Shown: piece after piece, positions 44,778 to 64,000 of the stretch
How positions within the stretch are numbered: position 1 is the stretch's first letter
How the letters are laid out: each line of letters opens with the position of its first letter
Translations under genes and position numbers: made by a program
Assembly: GCF_009914755.1 (NCBI RefSeq)
Contig: NC_060940.1
Source: the human T2T-CHM13v2.0 reference genome, Homo sapiens
Length of the DNA stretch: 64,000 nt
Direction: 5' to 3' (one strand)
The notes under the pieces: generated by a model
The model's input: the letters and a program-made list of their open reading frames with translations, nothing else
What the model was told of the DNA's origin: nothing
Databases searched by the model: none

Positions 44778-47700
44778 TCAGTTCTGCTAGCATGAAAAAA
44801 AAAAAAAAGGAAGGAGGATAGAGGGGAGTGGTAGGGACCAGCATCCACATAGAAGCTCAAATCAGCAAGTGTTTACCACTTCTGGGAAGCATGTTGTTGC
44901 CAAAACACAGGGGCGCTAAGTGGAGCAACATCTCAAGGAACGAGTCTTTGAAAGTTCTTCCAAGGCCTCTCATTCTGCCACCCCGCAGGCGGGCAACAGA
45001 AGCAGGACCCCTCCCTGCTGCAGGCAAAAAGGCAAAAATCTCTAAGGATATGCAATGCTCTTCCAGGTTTACTAGGTAAAGACTTCACCTCAAGCGTATA
45101 CATAGAATCCCATTTTTGTTGAAAATATACATGTATGTATGCCAGTATGGTTCATTCCGCCTGTGAGAATTACAGATAATCTCTATTTTCTATATTTCAT
45201 TTATATTTTTCTAATAAAAAATTAAGTGTGTAGTTTATTACTCAACAATTTTTTTCTATAATAGTCATCATTCACCTAGAGCCAGAGGAATTATTCTAGA
45301 CAGATGATACGCCTAAGAGACAGGTTTAACTAACCAAGAACACGGAGCAATAGACTCCCGCAGGACCCCAGCTGACGGAAAACATTTACAAACGTTATTG
45401 GGAGGTCTGAGGTCAATTGCTTAGGCTTAAATGAACAGAAACATGTCTATTTAGCAGCCGCAGGAAGACTCCTCAGAAATCACACATGTCACGGGGAAGG
45501 AACAATTATCCTCCTGTGTGCTTTGTTTTTAAATAGATTCCCCACCCACCTTGGGAAGAAATGTTCCAGACTCCATGTACAACTCATAAACCACACAGTA
45601 GAATTGGGAAGTTTTGTAAAGCAAAGTTGGCAAATATTTGGGAACAATCACTACAGCATTCTCAGATGATCTGAGCACCTGTATGACTCATCACAGCGAC
45701 AGGTGGAAAACAATTCTGAAGTCTGAGTTACACATGCAATTCTCCCAGACCTGTACAAAACCAAAGCAAACCCATGCACTTGCAACCAAGAGCTGCTCAT
45801 TTTTCTTGTCGTTTTTGATCAGACTCCAAAAGTGTTTTCTGGTGGGTCTACAAGTCCCTAATACACTGCTGAAAACACCCCCCCACACACACACAGTAGG
45901 TTTATCACTGCACTTACATACCACTTTCCATCCATGGGTCCCAAGGGATCTGTCCAAAATCTTGTTTTCATAAGTCTCCAGTGAGATGTATAAATATTGT
46001 TACCTCCATCTTATACACAGACAAACTTAAACCTGGAGGCAGTTAAGTGGCTTGTCAACAGTTATAACCCAAGACAAGATCTGTGCAAGCTGCCCTCTGG
46101 TCTCCCTTCCTCTGCTGGTCGGCCCTCTGAGCGTTCTCGTTGGCTCCAGTTTAAATCATGTCCGTAGACCATTGTTTCCCTGGCAATGGAGGTGGTATTC
46201 TATTTCCTGCCCTGAATCTGGCCCGGGGCCCTGACTGCACCGCATTTAGCCACAAGTGCATCAGCCGTGCGTGAGTGGGGACAGCTTGGCTCCCTGGAAA
46301 CCTAAGTGGCGTGTGTCAGCTGGCCCAGGCCTGCTCAGAGCCGCTCCAGGCCATGCTGCTAATTCCTCCATCATTTGCCCAAAACAACCCACAATGAAGG
46401 CGATGACTTCTCTTGGAGCTGGGCGAACAAATGGGAACATCTCAAAGGCAAACTCATTGGCTCTGCTGCAGTCTGGCCCTTGGGGAGAAATAGCTCTCAG
46501 GCATCTGGGACCCGGGTGCCTAGATCAAAACAGCCCTCCCTCTGCTCATTTCCGTGGATGAAATGAGCATCCATGCTTTGCTGTAGCAAAGCGTGCAGGT
46601 CACTTGTTACATTCCTGATGGGCAACTGAATTTGCACTTATAATTCCCAGCTGCCATGTTTACTTTTATGTTTATTAATTAAGTGTCCTGGAATGACCAC
46701 TCAGAATTAGATCCAGAAAATAAGAAGTTACTGGGGCATCCACCAGGTAATAAAAATTACTACCTGAAAAGTGTTTCTCTGATGGCTACAGTCACACTAG
46801 AAATTGGAAGGGGAGGCTGGGCTGGTTGCTCACACCTGTAATCCCAGCCTTCTGAAAGGCCAAGGTGAAAATAGTGCTTAAGGCCAGGAGTTTGAAACCA
46901 GCCTAGGTAACATAGTGGCCCCTGTCTCTACATAGAGACCCCTGTCTCTACAAAAAATAAAGATAAAAAACATTAGCCAGGCATGGTGGCAGGCACCCAT
47001 AGTCCCACCTACTTGAGAGGTCATGATGGGAGAATCACTTGAGGCCAGGAGTTGGATTCCAAGCTAGGGCAACATGGCAAGATCCTGTATCTAAAAAAAA
47101 AAAAAAAAAATCAATAATTAGCCAGGTGTGGTGGTGGGTGCCTGTAGTCCCAGCTACTTGGAAGGGTGAGGCAGGAGGATCATTTGAGCCCAGGAGTTGA
47201 GGCTGCAGTGCTCTATGATCACGCCACTGCACTCCAGCCTGGGTAATAGCATGAGACCCTGTCTCAAACAAAAAAAAAAAAAAAAAAAGGAAATTGGAGG
47301 TGAAGATTTTTGGGTGAATTTCCTGCCAGTTGGTCAGTAAATACCATGTATTGTCACTTTTAACTAATTTCAACTTCTTTGCCTCTAAAGTGCCCTGTGG
47401 ACCTTACTGGATAACCAAGCACATCACATGAACTAAAGTTGGGTTTGCTGAGTGGCCCATGTGCTCCCCAAAAACCCATGTGTGCTCCTATCAGAGCCAA
47501 TTAGTGATCACAATACCTCATCTCGGTTGAGCATATATTCATGCCAGGCCTCCTGCCAAGCATTTTAAATTCCTTAGTTTTAAAAAATACTAGGCTGGAT
47601 GTGGTGGCTCATGCCTGTAATCCCAGCACTTTGGGAGGCCGCAGTGGGCGGATCACTTAAAGTCAGGAGTTCGAGACCAGCCTGGCCAACATGGCAAAAC

Positions 47701-47956
47701 CCTGTCTCTACTAAAAATACAAAAATTGGCCGGGCGTGGTGGCGCATGCCTGTAATCCTAGCTAGTCAGGAGGCTGAGGCAAGGCTGAGAATCGCTTGAA
47801 CCCGGGAGGTAGAGGAAGCAGTGAACCAAGATTGTGCCATTGTACTCCAGCCTGGGTGACAGAGAGAGACCCTGAAAAAAAAAAACTAGGTATGTATCAT
47901 TAATATCCTTGTTTTACAGATAAGGAAACTGAGGCCTAGAGAGACCACACAGTCAC

Positions 47957-48392
47957 TGTATTAGTTTCTTATGCCTGCTCTAATTACCACAAACTTAGTG
48001 GCTCAAAAGAAATTTATTCCTTCATAGTTCAGGAACTATGCTGACTAATGCGTGCTCTAGAGGCCTCGGAGGAGAGCCCATTCCTTGTATCTTCCAGTTG
48101 CTGGCAGCCACTGGCTTTCGTGGTTTGTGGCTGCATCGTTCCGGTCTCTGCCTCCAGGACCACACATCCTCCTCTGTGTATGTCACACCTCCCTGTGCCT
48201 CCCTTTCATATTAATACACGTGATTGCATCGAGGCCCCCCTGGCTAATCCAGGACAGTCTCCCAATCTCAAGATCCTGAACTTAATCACATCTGCAAGGT
48301 CCTTTTTTTGATTTGTAAAGTGACATTCACAGGTTCCAGGGATTAACATAGGAACATCTTTTTTGGGGGGGCCATTATCTAGTCTACCACAG
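47957..48392 (-). mobile_element. MLT1C/D-type MaLR LTR
   Basis: tgtattagtttc...taccacaaacttagtggct...aatcacatctgcaag...cacaggttccagggatta...gggccattatctagtctaccaca. Confidence 0.8.
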
Positions 48393-48744
48393 TCACCCAT
48401 CCTGTTACTATCAGGTGGTGGCTGCAGGTCTCCCTTCTCACGTGCTCAAGAGGGCTCATTAAGCCAGATGGGGTGGCTCACGCCTGTAATCCCAGCACTC
48501 TGGGAGGCTGAGGCAGGAGGATCGTTTGAGGCCAGGAGTTCAGAGCCAGTCTGGGCACCACAGGGAGACCCTGTCTCTACACAAAATTTTAAAATTAGCT
48601 GGGTATAGTGGTGCATGCCCGGAGCTAGTTACTCTGGAGGCTGAAGCAGGAGGATCACTTGGGCCCACGAGTTTGAGGATGCCATGAGCTATGATTGCAC
48701 CACTGCACTCCAACCTGGGCAACAGAGTGAGACTCTGTTGAAAG

Positions 48745-48910
48745 AATGAAAGAACCAAAGAATGAAAGGAAGGAAGGAGAGAGAGAGAGAGAGAGAGAGG
48801 GAGGGAGGGAGGGAGGGAGAGAGGGAGGGAGGGAGGGAGGGAGGGAGAGAGGGAGTGAGGGAGGGAGGGAGGGAGAGAGAGAGAGAGAGAGAAAGAAAGA
48901 GAAGGAAAGA

Positions 48911-48974
<64 letters not shown>

Positions 48975-49075
48975 GAAAAAAAAAAGAAAGAAAGAAGGAA
49001 GGAAGGAAGGAAAGAAAGAAAGAAAGAAGAAAGAAAGGAAGGAAGGAAGGAAGAAAGAAAGAGAGAGAGAGAGAG
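48745..49075. repeat. Purine-rich compound microsatellite (GA)n/(GGGA)n/(GAAA)n/(GGAA)n at an Alu tail
   Basis: ~330-bp nearly pure purine tract on the plus strand. Confidence 0.95.
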
Positions 49076-49935
49076 TTGGTTAGTGGTGAACGTGTAGCAC
49101 AGAGGCTAAAAGTCCAGGCTTTGGCACCAGGCAGACTGGGTCTGAAGCCCAGCTCTCTCAGGAATCTGAAGCACTGTGTGACTTAAGCAAGTGACCCAAC
49201 TGCTCTGGGCCTCAGTTTCCCCATCAAGGCCTACTGCATGGGAATATTTTGAGGATTAAGTGAGAAAATGAATGTGAAACTCATACAACAGTGCCTGCAC
49301 ATAGTCAGGTGCCCCCTTAGTGGTAGCTGCTCTTGTTAAGAGCAGGATATAAGCTGGAGTTCTGACCCAGCCTTGCAAAGGGACACCTGGTGAGTACCAA
49401 GTTTCTGCAGATTAAAAAAATGTGAAAATGGGAAGTAAAGTCATTCTGCCACACAGCCAGTGAAATTCAATGCTAATCTCAGCATAGCAGAACTCTGAAA
49501 ATCTTTTGGTGTGGAATGGTAGAAAAGACCTGCCAGAACTGGCCATGTAAAGGATTTGTGCTCTTTCAAAAGTGAAGACCTCGGCCAGGCGCAGTGGCTC
49601 ATGCCTGTAATACCAAGCACTTTGGAAGGCTGAGGCAGGAGGATTACTTCAGCCCAGGATTTCAAGACCAGTCTGGGAGACATGGTGAGACCCCATTGCT
49701 ACAAAAAATAAAAAAAAAGTTAGGCAGGCATGGTGGCATGTCCCGTGCCTATGGTCCCAACTACTCAGGAGGCTGAGGTGACAGGATCACTTGAGCCCAG
49801 GAGGTCGAGGCTGCAATGACTTGTGATCACACCACTACACTCCAGCCTGGGCAACAGAGCAAGACCCTGCCTCAAAAAAATAAATAAAAAGAGAGAGGAG
49901 ACTTCTCCCTTTCTCCAGGGAAGGTGTGGATCTAG

Positions 49936-50148
<213 letters not shown>

Positions 50149-51018
50149 TAGAACTACAAGTGTGCGCCACCATGCCCAGCTAATATTTTTATTTTTAAAA
50201 TTTTTGTAGAGATGGGATCTCGCTTTGTTACCAGGGCTGGACTCAAACTCCTGGGCTCAAGGAATCCTCCCACCTCAGCCTCCCAAAATGCTGGCATTAC
50301 AGGAATGAGCCATCGTGCCAGGCCCATGTTCTCATTGCTTTAAATGGGATTTGACTGGAAATTTACATTGTGATAGTCCCTTTGAGGTTAAACTGATTCC
50401 AGTTTCAAGACCTATAACAAAAAGAACAACTGATAAATCAAGAACTTAAGAGTGTGGAGAATAAGAAAAATAGGCATAAAATAGTAGGAAACAAACAGTA
50501 GGGGAGAAACAAGGACATTTTAAACTTGGGCACTTGTTATAAATATATTTGACAGAAGAAAAGCAAACTGGCTTGTCTCCTTAACTCGGAGCAAAATAAA
50601 TTTGATTTGATTCTGCTTCATTCACGAACTGGGATAGAATAACACGCTTTATTAAAGAAGTTTTAGTATTTTATTTGGCTGATGTTGAAACTGCACTTCT
50701 AAGTTTTACCATATTTATGTATGATCTGCTCGACTTGTTGTATTTCATCCAATTAGGTTTTTCCATTCAACACACCGGGCTTCTTTACAGATATGACCAG
50801 GATTTCTTAATTTCAGTGAGAAACATGCTAAGAGTCAATGAAACAAGAAAGCAACAGATTCTGCCTTTTTAGAAAAACTGTAAACTACTTAAATGTCAAC
50901 CAGTAGGGGAAAGAATGATAGCTCTACATGTACCGACATGGAAAGCCACCCAAGGCATATGACCGAGTTAAAAAAAAATCACAAAATAACATATACAATT
51001 TAATCCTGTCTAAATTGA

Positions 51019-51485
<467 letters not shown>

Positions 51486-53049
51486 TGAGCCACTGTGCTC
51501 GGCCTAAGAAGCATGTTTTTGTATATTACATATATATCTTTTAAAGCAATACATTATTTACTTCAATGGAAATAATATGTTAATTTACAGTTCTTTTACT
51601 AGAGATACTACCCATGGGATAACAAATACTAAACGTGCATGTGGGATTTTTTTTTCATTTTTCATTAATAAACCAGACAGGATGTCTCTGCCTTGACTCT
51701 TCAGATTGATGGACAAGAAGTCCAATAAGGAATAAGCTCATACCCTGAGGACAGGGTAAGTGGGTACCACACAGGGATGAGAGTCCCTACACCCTGGAAG
51801 CTGAGGTCAGTTGGGAGAGGGTTAACAGACAAACAGCAGGCGGCAGGGAAGTGCTGCCAGGAGGCCTGTGAGCCGGGAAAGCTCTAGGGTGGATCAACTG
51901 TACCCACCTGCTTCTCTCTCTCCTCCCCCACCTTCCCCCATCCCCAGGACCTCAGTCCAAGCAGCTGGCATCTACCCTCAGGCAAAAGTAAACAAACAAG
52001 TCCTTGACAGCTCTTTAAAGCAATTAAGTATTGGTCGGGCGGTGGCTAACGCCTGTAATCCCAGCACTTTGGGAGGCCGAGACGGGCGGATCACGAGGTC
52101 AAGAGATGGAGACCATCCTGGCTAACATGGTGAAACCATGTTACTCTACTAAAAATACAAAAAAAAATTACCTGGGCGTGGTGTCGGGCGCCTGTAGTCC
52201 CAGCTACTTGGGAGGCTGAGGCAGAAGAATGGCGTGAACCTGGAGGTGGAGCTTGCAGTGAGCCGAGATCTCGCCACTGCACTCCAGCCTGGGCGACAGA
52301 GCAAGACTCGGTCTCAAAAAAAAAAAAAAGGGAAAGAAAAAGAAAAAAGAAATTAAGCAATCCATATTGGAGAATCAAAGGCTTTTATTCATCACCTTGG
52401 TACACTAAAGTCCTCATTCTGGGCAATCAAGTGACCTCATCCTCCTCGACCCCATACCCAGAGCACCCAGTCAGAATTCTCACTGGGGAGAAGCCACCGA
52501 GTCACATAGACCTTCTTTTTAAGATATGACCAGACAACCAAAGATCACCAAGACATTCCCAGAACCAGCAGCCTGAAAAAGAAAGAGCAAGATATATAGG
52601 TGAAAAATGAACTCTGGTGGAAAGATCGTCAGGGAATAGAAGAAAACTTGGCTCAAAGAGGTTTTTTGTTTTTTGTTTGTTTGTTTCGAGACAAGGTCTC
52701 GCTCTCTCACCCAGACTGGAGTGCAGTGGTGCAGTCATAGTTCACTGCAGCTGCAATCTCCCGGGCTCAAGCAAGCTTTGCAAAGTGCTAGGACTACAGA
52801 CATGAGCCACTGTGCCCAGCCGACTAGAAGAGGTTTAAGAAAAAGTTTATAAAACCAGAACAGGTTGATCTGAAAAAAGAATAATCAGAAAACAAGGGGA
52901 AGCAATTAGATAGATTAAAAATATGATAGCTGGCCGGGCACAGTGACTCACACCTGTAATCCTAGCACTTTGGGAGGCCTAGGCAGGTGGATCACCTGAG
53001 GTCAGGAATTCGATACCAGCCTGACCAATATGGTGAAACCCTGTTTCTA

Positions 53050-53250
<201 letters not shown>

Positions 53251-54294
53251 TCAAGGAATCATAAAAGAGGAAATTTCCCAGAACCTAGGGGAAAAAATAA
53301 ACTGTGAAAGAACAGATGAGAAACAAAAGGACAATTCAAAACTCCACAATTCACTAATGGAGTCCCAGGAAAAGAGAATAAAGACTGGGGTGAACTGCAG
53401 TCTGCCATTCACTGCAATCAAAGACTGCGCTCCAGCCATTTCCCCACCTTTGCATCTTTCACTCCCAGGGCATCTGATGGGAACCTGTTTGGCGGCCACT
53501 GTGGAGCTTAGCTCCTGGATTTACTGTCCCACAAAGACTGCGGGATGGTATTTTGAGGAAGGGGCATTGACAGAGGGTGGTCAAAAAAATGAGAAATGTG
53601 CACGACTTTTTTAATGTGGCCTGCTTGCACCAAGGAAGCCAGGGCCATAGCCTGTGTGTGGACGCTTGCTGTCTAGGGATAACTCATTTGAGTCATTAAA
53701 AGAAATGCTAAAATCAGAGCAGAGTGAGCAGAGCCCTTCAGCTCATCACTGACGACTTGTCTCCAGGGTGACATCAGTTCACCCTCTTTGGGTGTGGTTG
53801 TTCAATTGCTTACAATCGCACACAAGTCCCCAGCTCATGTTTCTCCATGTTTGGACAAGAACATCACAACTTTTGCAATCCCTTGGTCTACAGCATAGAG
53901 CAGGCATTGTCTTGCATGAGTGCCTGGCTAAACCCAGTCTACATTGATGGTAGATTTCTATCAATTTGAAACAACTGGATTTTCCATCCTAGGAAGTTAA
54001 AAATTGGTCTGGTAAGACACAGATTCTAGAGACAGTCTTTAGGTTTCAGCCTAGAGAGGCCATCAACGCCCATAAATCAGAAAGGACAGGGTGAAAAAAA
54101 AAAACACAAATGAGGATGTACAAGACAAAAGGCTCAGATAACAAAGAAAGTATCTTTGTCAACAATGGGGGTTGTGGGGTAAGAGTAGGGCTGTGATGTA
54201 GATAGAAGTAGATTAACTAAGCAGGGATGGTGGATTACTCTGCCTGTAATCCCAGAACTTTGGGAGGCTGAGGTGGGTGGATTGCTTGAGCTCA

Positions 54295-54546
<252 letters not shown>

Positions 54547-56805
54547 TCAAACCTCAAATGAAGGAGCAGAATCCATTAAAGACAGGTTTAGGGAAGTCAT
54601 TAAGGTTAGAGGCAGAAAGATGAGAACATGGTAAGAATTCTTAGGAAAGGAGACTTTTGAAATAATATTTTGTTCAGGAAGAAGTGGTGACACCAATGAA
54701 GAGAGAACACAGTAACTGAAATAAAAGCCAATCAAAATATGAACAAGGGCAGGCATAGTGGCTCATGCCTGTAATCCCAGCACTTTGGGAGGTTCAGGCG
54801 GGTGGATTGCTTGAGTCCAGGAGTTCAAGATCAGCCTGGACAACACAGCGAGACCCCTGTCTCTACAAAAATACAAAAATTAGCCGGGTGTGGTGGTGCA
54901 CCTGTAGTCCTAGCTATTTAGGAGGCTGATGTAGGAGGACTGCTTAAGCTCAGGAGTTTGAGACTGCAGTAAGCCATGATCACACCACTGCAGTCAGCCT
55001 GGGCAACAGACTGAGACCCTATCTCAAAATCCAAAACAAAATATAAACAAAATACTTGAATCCACCATTTGAATCTGGGCCAGGTGCAGTGGCTCATGCC
55101 TGTGATCTCAGCATTTTGGGAAGCCAATGTGGGAGGATCGCTTGAGCTCAGGAGTCTGAGGCTGCAGCGGGCTGTGATCATACCACTGCACTTCAGCCTG
55201 GGTGACAGAGTGAGACCCTGTCTTAAAAAAATAAAAATAAAAATAGACCCCAAAATCCCCCAAAATTTGAATCTGAAAAGAAAACCTACAACATATGTAG
55301 CGAGAACACCTGCATCAACCAGAAAGGTTACAATGAGCACTTGGCCTTCTGCGCTTGGAAGTAACATTACCAACACAGCTTAAGGACAAAAAGGTCTTTA
55401 TATCCACTGAAATCCTCTATTTTCTAAATAATACCTATGTTGCTTTCCTAGTCAGTTGCAATAATGCTAAGCTATTTGAAATGTGTTTTCCTGTTTCTCC
55501 TCCACCCAACAAGCTGTCAGTACTTCCGCTCCAAAACAGGAGTCACACTGACCTAGGTTTGTATCCAGGCTCTGTCACGTATGAAGTATGTGACCTGGAG
55601 CAACTTTCTTAGCTCTTTGAGCTTTGTTTTCCTGATTTGTAGTGATCGAACACAATCATACATGGAAAGTATTTGGTACTGTGTCCACAGCAGTGACTAC
55701 TCCAGAAATGGTCACTCTTTACTACTGTTTTTACTATTGTTTCTTGTAACCACACTCAAATGTTGGCACACCATAAAAGAATTCATAACTGCTCACATGT
55801 GTTCAAGTGATTTTTTTTTTTTTTTGAGACAGAGTCTGGCTCTGTCGCCCAGGCTGGAGTGCAGTGGCACAATCTTGGCTCACTGCAACTTCTGCCTCCC
55901 GAGTTCAGTGCCTCAGCCTCAGCCTCCCCAGTAGCTGGGATTACAGGCGCATGCTATCATGCCTGGCTAGTTTTTTTTATTTTCAGTAGAGACAGGGTTT
56001 TGCCATGTTGGCCAGGCTGGTCTTGAACTCCTGACCTCAAGTGATCTGCCTGCCTTGGCCTCCCAAAGTACTGAGATTACAGGTGTGAGCCACCACGCCC
56101 AGCTTCAAATGATTCTTTTAACTTGTAACAAACATGAGTTCTACTTTTTTTTAGGTGTTTTATATTCTTACAATCTCAAAATCCCACTTAAAACTTTGGA
56201 CCCCAGGTTTCCTGATGAAGAGCAGGGGTGATATTTATCCGTATCCCTAACGGCAAGGGCATGTGTCTCCCAACCGAAATGGGGCACCTGGCAAGCTTCT
56301 GGCAGAGGCATTGCTGTTGCTGGTGACGTGAAATGACAGCAACCAGAGGCCAATAAGTGAGCGGTTTGTTTTGTTGTATTCTTATTTTACTAAAGAGATA
56401 AAATTTTCCAAGCAAAAGAAAAGTGAAGCTTAACAGGTCTATCACGGGAGCCTTGGGAGTCTCATTCCCAGATCACATCCCTGGTCAGCCACTGGTTTGT
56501 TTTTTTTTTGAGATGGAGCCTCGCTCTGTCTCCCAGGCTGGAGTGCAGTGGCATGATCTCTGCTCACTGCAAGCTCCGCCTCCCGGGTTCACACAATCTC
56601 CCACCTCAGCCTCACGAGTAGCTGGGACTACAGGTGCCCACTACCACGCCTGGCTAATTTTGTTTTTGTATTTTTAGTAGAGATGGAGTTTCACCGTGTT
56701 AGCCAGGATGGTCTTGGCCAGGATGGTCTTGATCTCCTGACCTCATGATCTGCCCACCTCGGCCTCCCAAAATGCTGGGATTACAGGCGTGAGCCACCGC
56801 GCCCA

Positions 56806-56848
<43 letters not shown>

Positions 56849-57459
56849 GAGACAGTCTTGCTCTGTCGCTCAAGCTGGAGGGTGCACTCTTGGCTCACTG
56901 CAATCTCTGCCTCCTGGGTTCAAGAAATTCTCCTGCCTCAGCCTCCCACATATCTGGGATTACAGGCGTGTGCCACTACCACCTGGCTAATTTTTGTATT
57001 TCTAGTAAAGACAGGGTTTTACCATGTTGGCCAGGCTGGTCAGTTGAATTCCTGACTTCAAGTGATCCACTCGTCTCGGCCTCCCACAGTTCTGGGATTA
57101 CAGGTGTGGGCCTCCACTCCCGCCTCCTGGTCAGCCACTCTATAGCTGCATAGAAAGAGAAAGGGCAGACTCTGGAAACAGCTCGGATACATGGGAAGCA
57201 ACTTGAAATCACCATCTGCTTCATCTATTGCAAAGAAAAATCTGTCACATATGGGCAATTATCATGGAAACATGAAGCAATTTTCTATGGAGTACTTTCT
57301 AGATATGTTAGATATGAAACATCAGAAAGAATACCAAAACTCCAAAGATCACTTGGAGAGCAGATAGATTTGGGCATTAAGACATAACCCCTCCCAGGCC
57401 AAGTGCGGTGGCTCACGCCTGTAATCCCAGCACTTTGAGCGTTCAAGGCAGGTGGATCA

Positions 57460-59975
<2,516 letters not shown>

Positions 59976-60459
59976 AAAGAGAAGAAGGAAAGGGAAAAGG
60001 AAGGAAAGGAAAGGAAAGGCAAAGCAAAGCCAGAGCTTTTTGAGAGCTATGTTGTTAATAAATACACAGTGAATGAAGATTAGTACGGAGATCAAAGTGA
60101 AGGCATGGGCTTTACCATGCAGCAGGAAAATTAGTTAGAATCTCAAGAGTTTTTTTATTAACAGCAACTCATTAAAATCAATATGTAGCCTACTTGCACA
60201 TTTTAAAACCTTACAGTAAATATAAATATGAGCTAAATAATAAAGGTGGGGTACTCCTACATTCAGCCAAGATAAAGCAGGACTAGATTTACCCTCCTAA
60301 GGTAACAACCAAGGATCTGGACAGGATATAGGAAAGATCACTGCTCAAGACACTGGACATGGGTGATGCGGACAGTGAGGCATGAGAAGTGACGAGAAAA
60401 TGAGGTGAACCCTCTGATGGCCCCAGCATCCAGATAACTAGAGAAAAAGTAGATGTTAA

Positions 60460-62025
<1,566 letters not shown>

Positions 62026-62436
62026 CCATGCTTTAGTAGATGTTGACCAGGCTGTTCTCAAACTCCTGCCCTCAGGTGATCTGCCTACCTCTGCCTCCCA
62101 AAGTGCTAGATTACAGGTGTGAGCCGCCCACTGGGCCTGCCTGGAAAACATTTGTTGAAGTCCGAAGTTGAAATTCTAGAGATGAAACCTAAAACATTTT
62201 AGATGAAAAATACACTGGATGGGACTAAAGGCAGGTTAAACACTACAAAGGACAAAGATTAGTGAAGATTAAGACACAGTCATAACAATAGAACTATCCA
62301 AAAAAAAAGAGGAAAAAAAAGAGCAGTAAGCTGTAGGACTTTAAGTGGCCTAATATATGTGTAATTGGAATGTCCAAAGGAGAGGGGAGAAAATAATGGC
62401 CACGTCATTTCCAAATTTGATGAAAACTATAAACCC

Positions 62437-64000
<1,564 letters not shown>

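Overview
Human (primate) genomic DNA, very Alu-rich. It contains the 5' two-thirds of MYLK3 (cardiac myosin light chain kinase) on the minus strand. Coding exons 1-9 (ATG at 31087 down to exon 9 ending at 4019) were reconstructed with canonical GT/AG boundaries and consistent phases, giving 1985 nt of CDS. They cover the long N-terminal region and the kinase domain through the G-loop (GGGRFG), AAK lysine, HLDLKPEN and DFG motifs. The remaining 3' exons lie left of the window. About 33 kb of upstream sequence (31.2-64 kb) has no recognisable protein-coding gene. It is mostly Alu, L1, MIR/L2, LTR (MST, MLT1, MER52) and DNA-transposon remnants, with a few non-repetitive islands carrying cardiac-type (MEF2/GATA/TEAD/NKX) or testis-type (MYB/RFX/CRE/CCAAT) motif clusters. 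I see no wholly new gene system. The best leads are three: a 197-bp non-Alu inverted duplication in intron 9 that overlaps a candidate poison exon; an in-frame 153-nt candidate cassette exon in intron 1 encoding a hydrophobic segment; and a templated insertion inside an Alu at ~58.9 kb. Repeat coordinates and subfamily names are by-eye and approximate.
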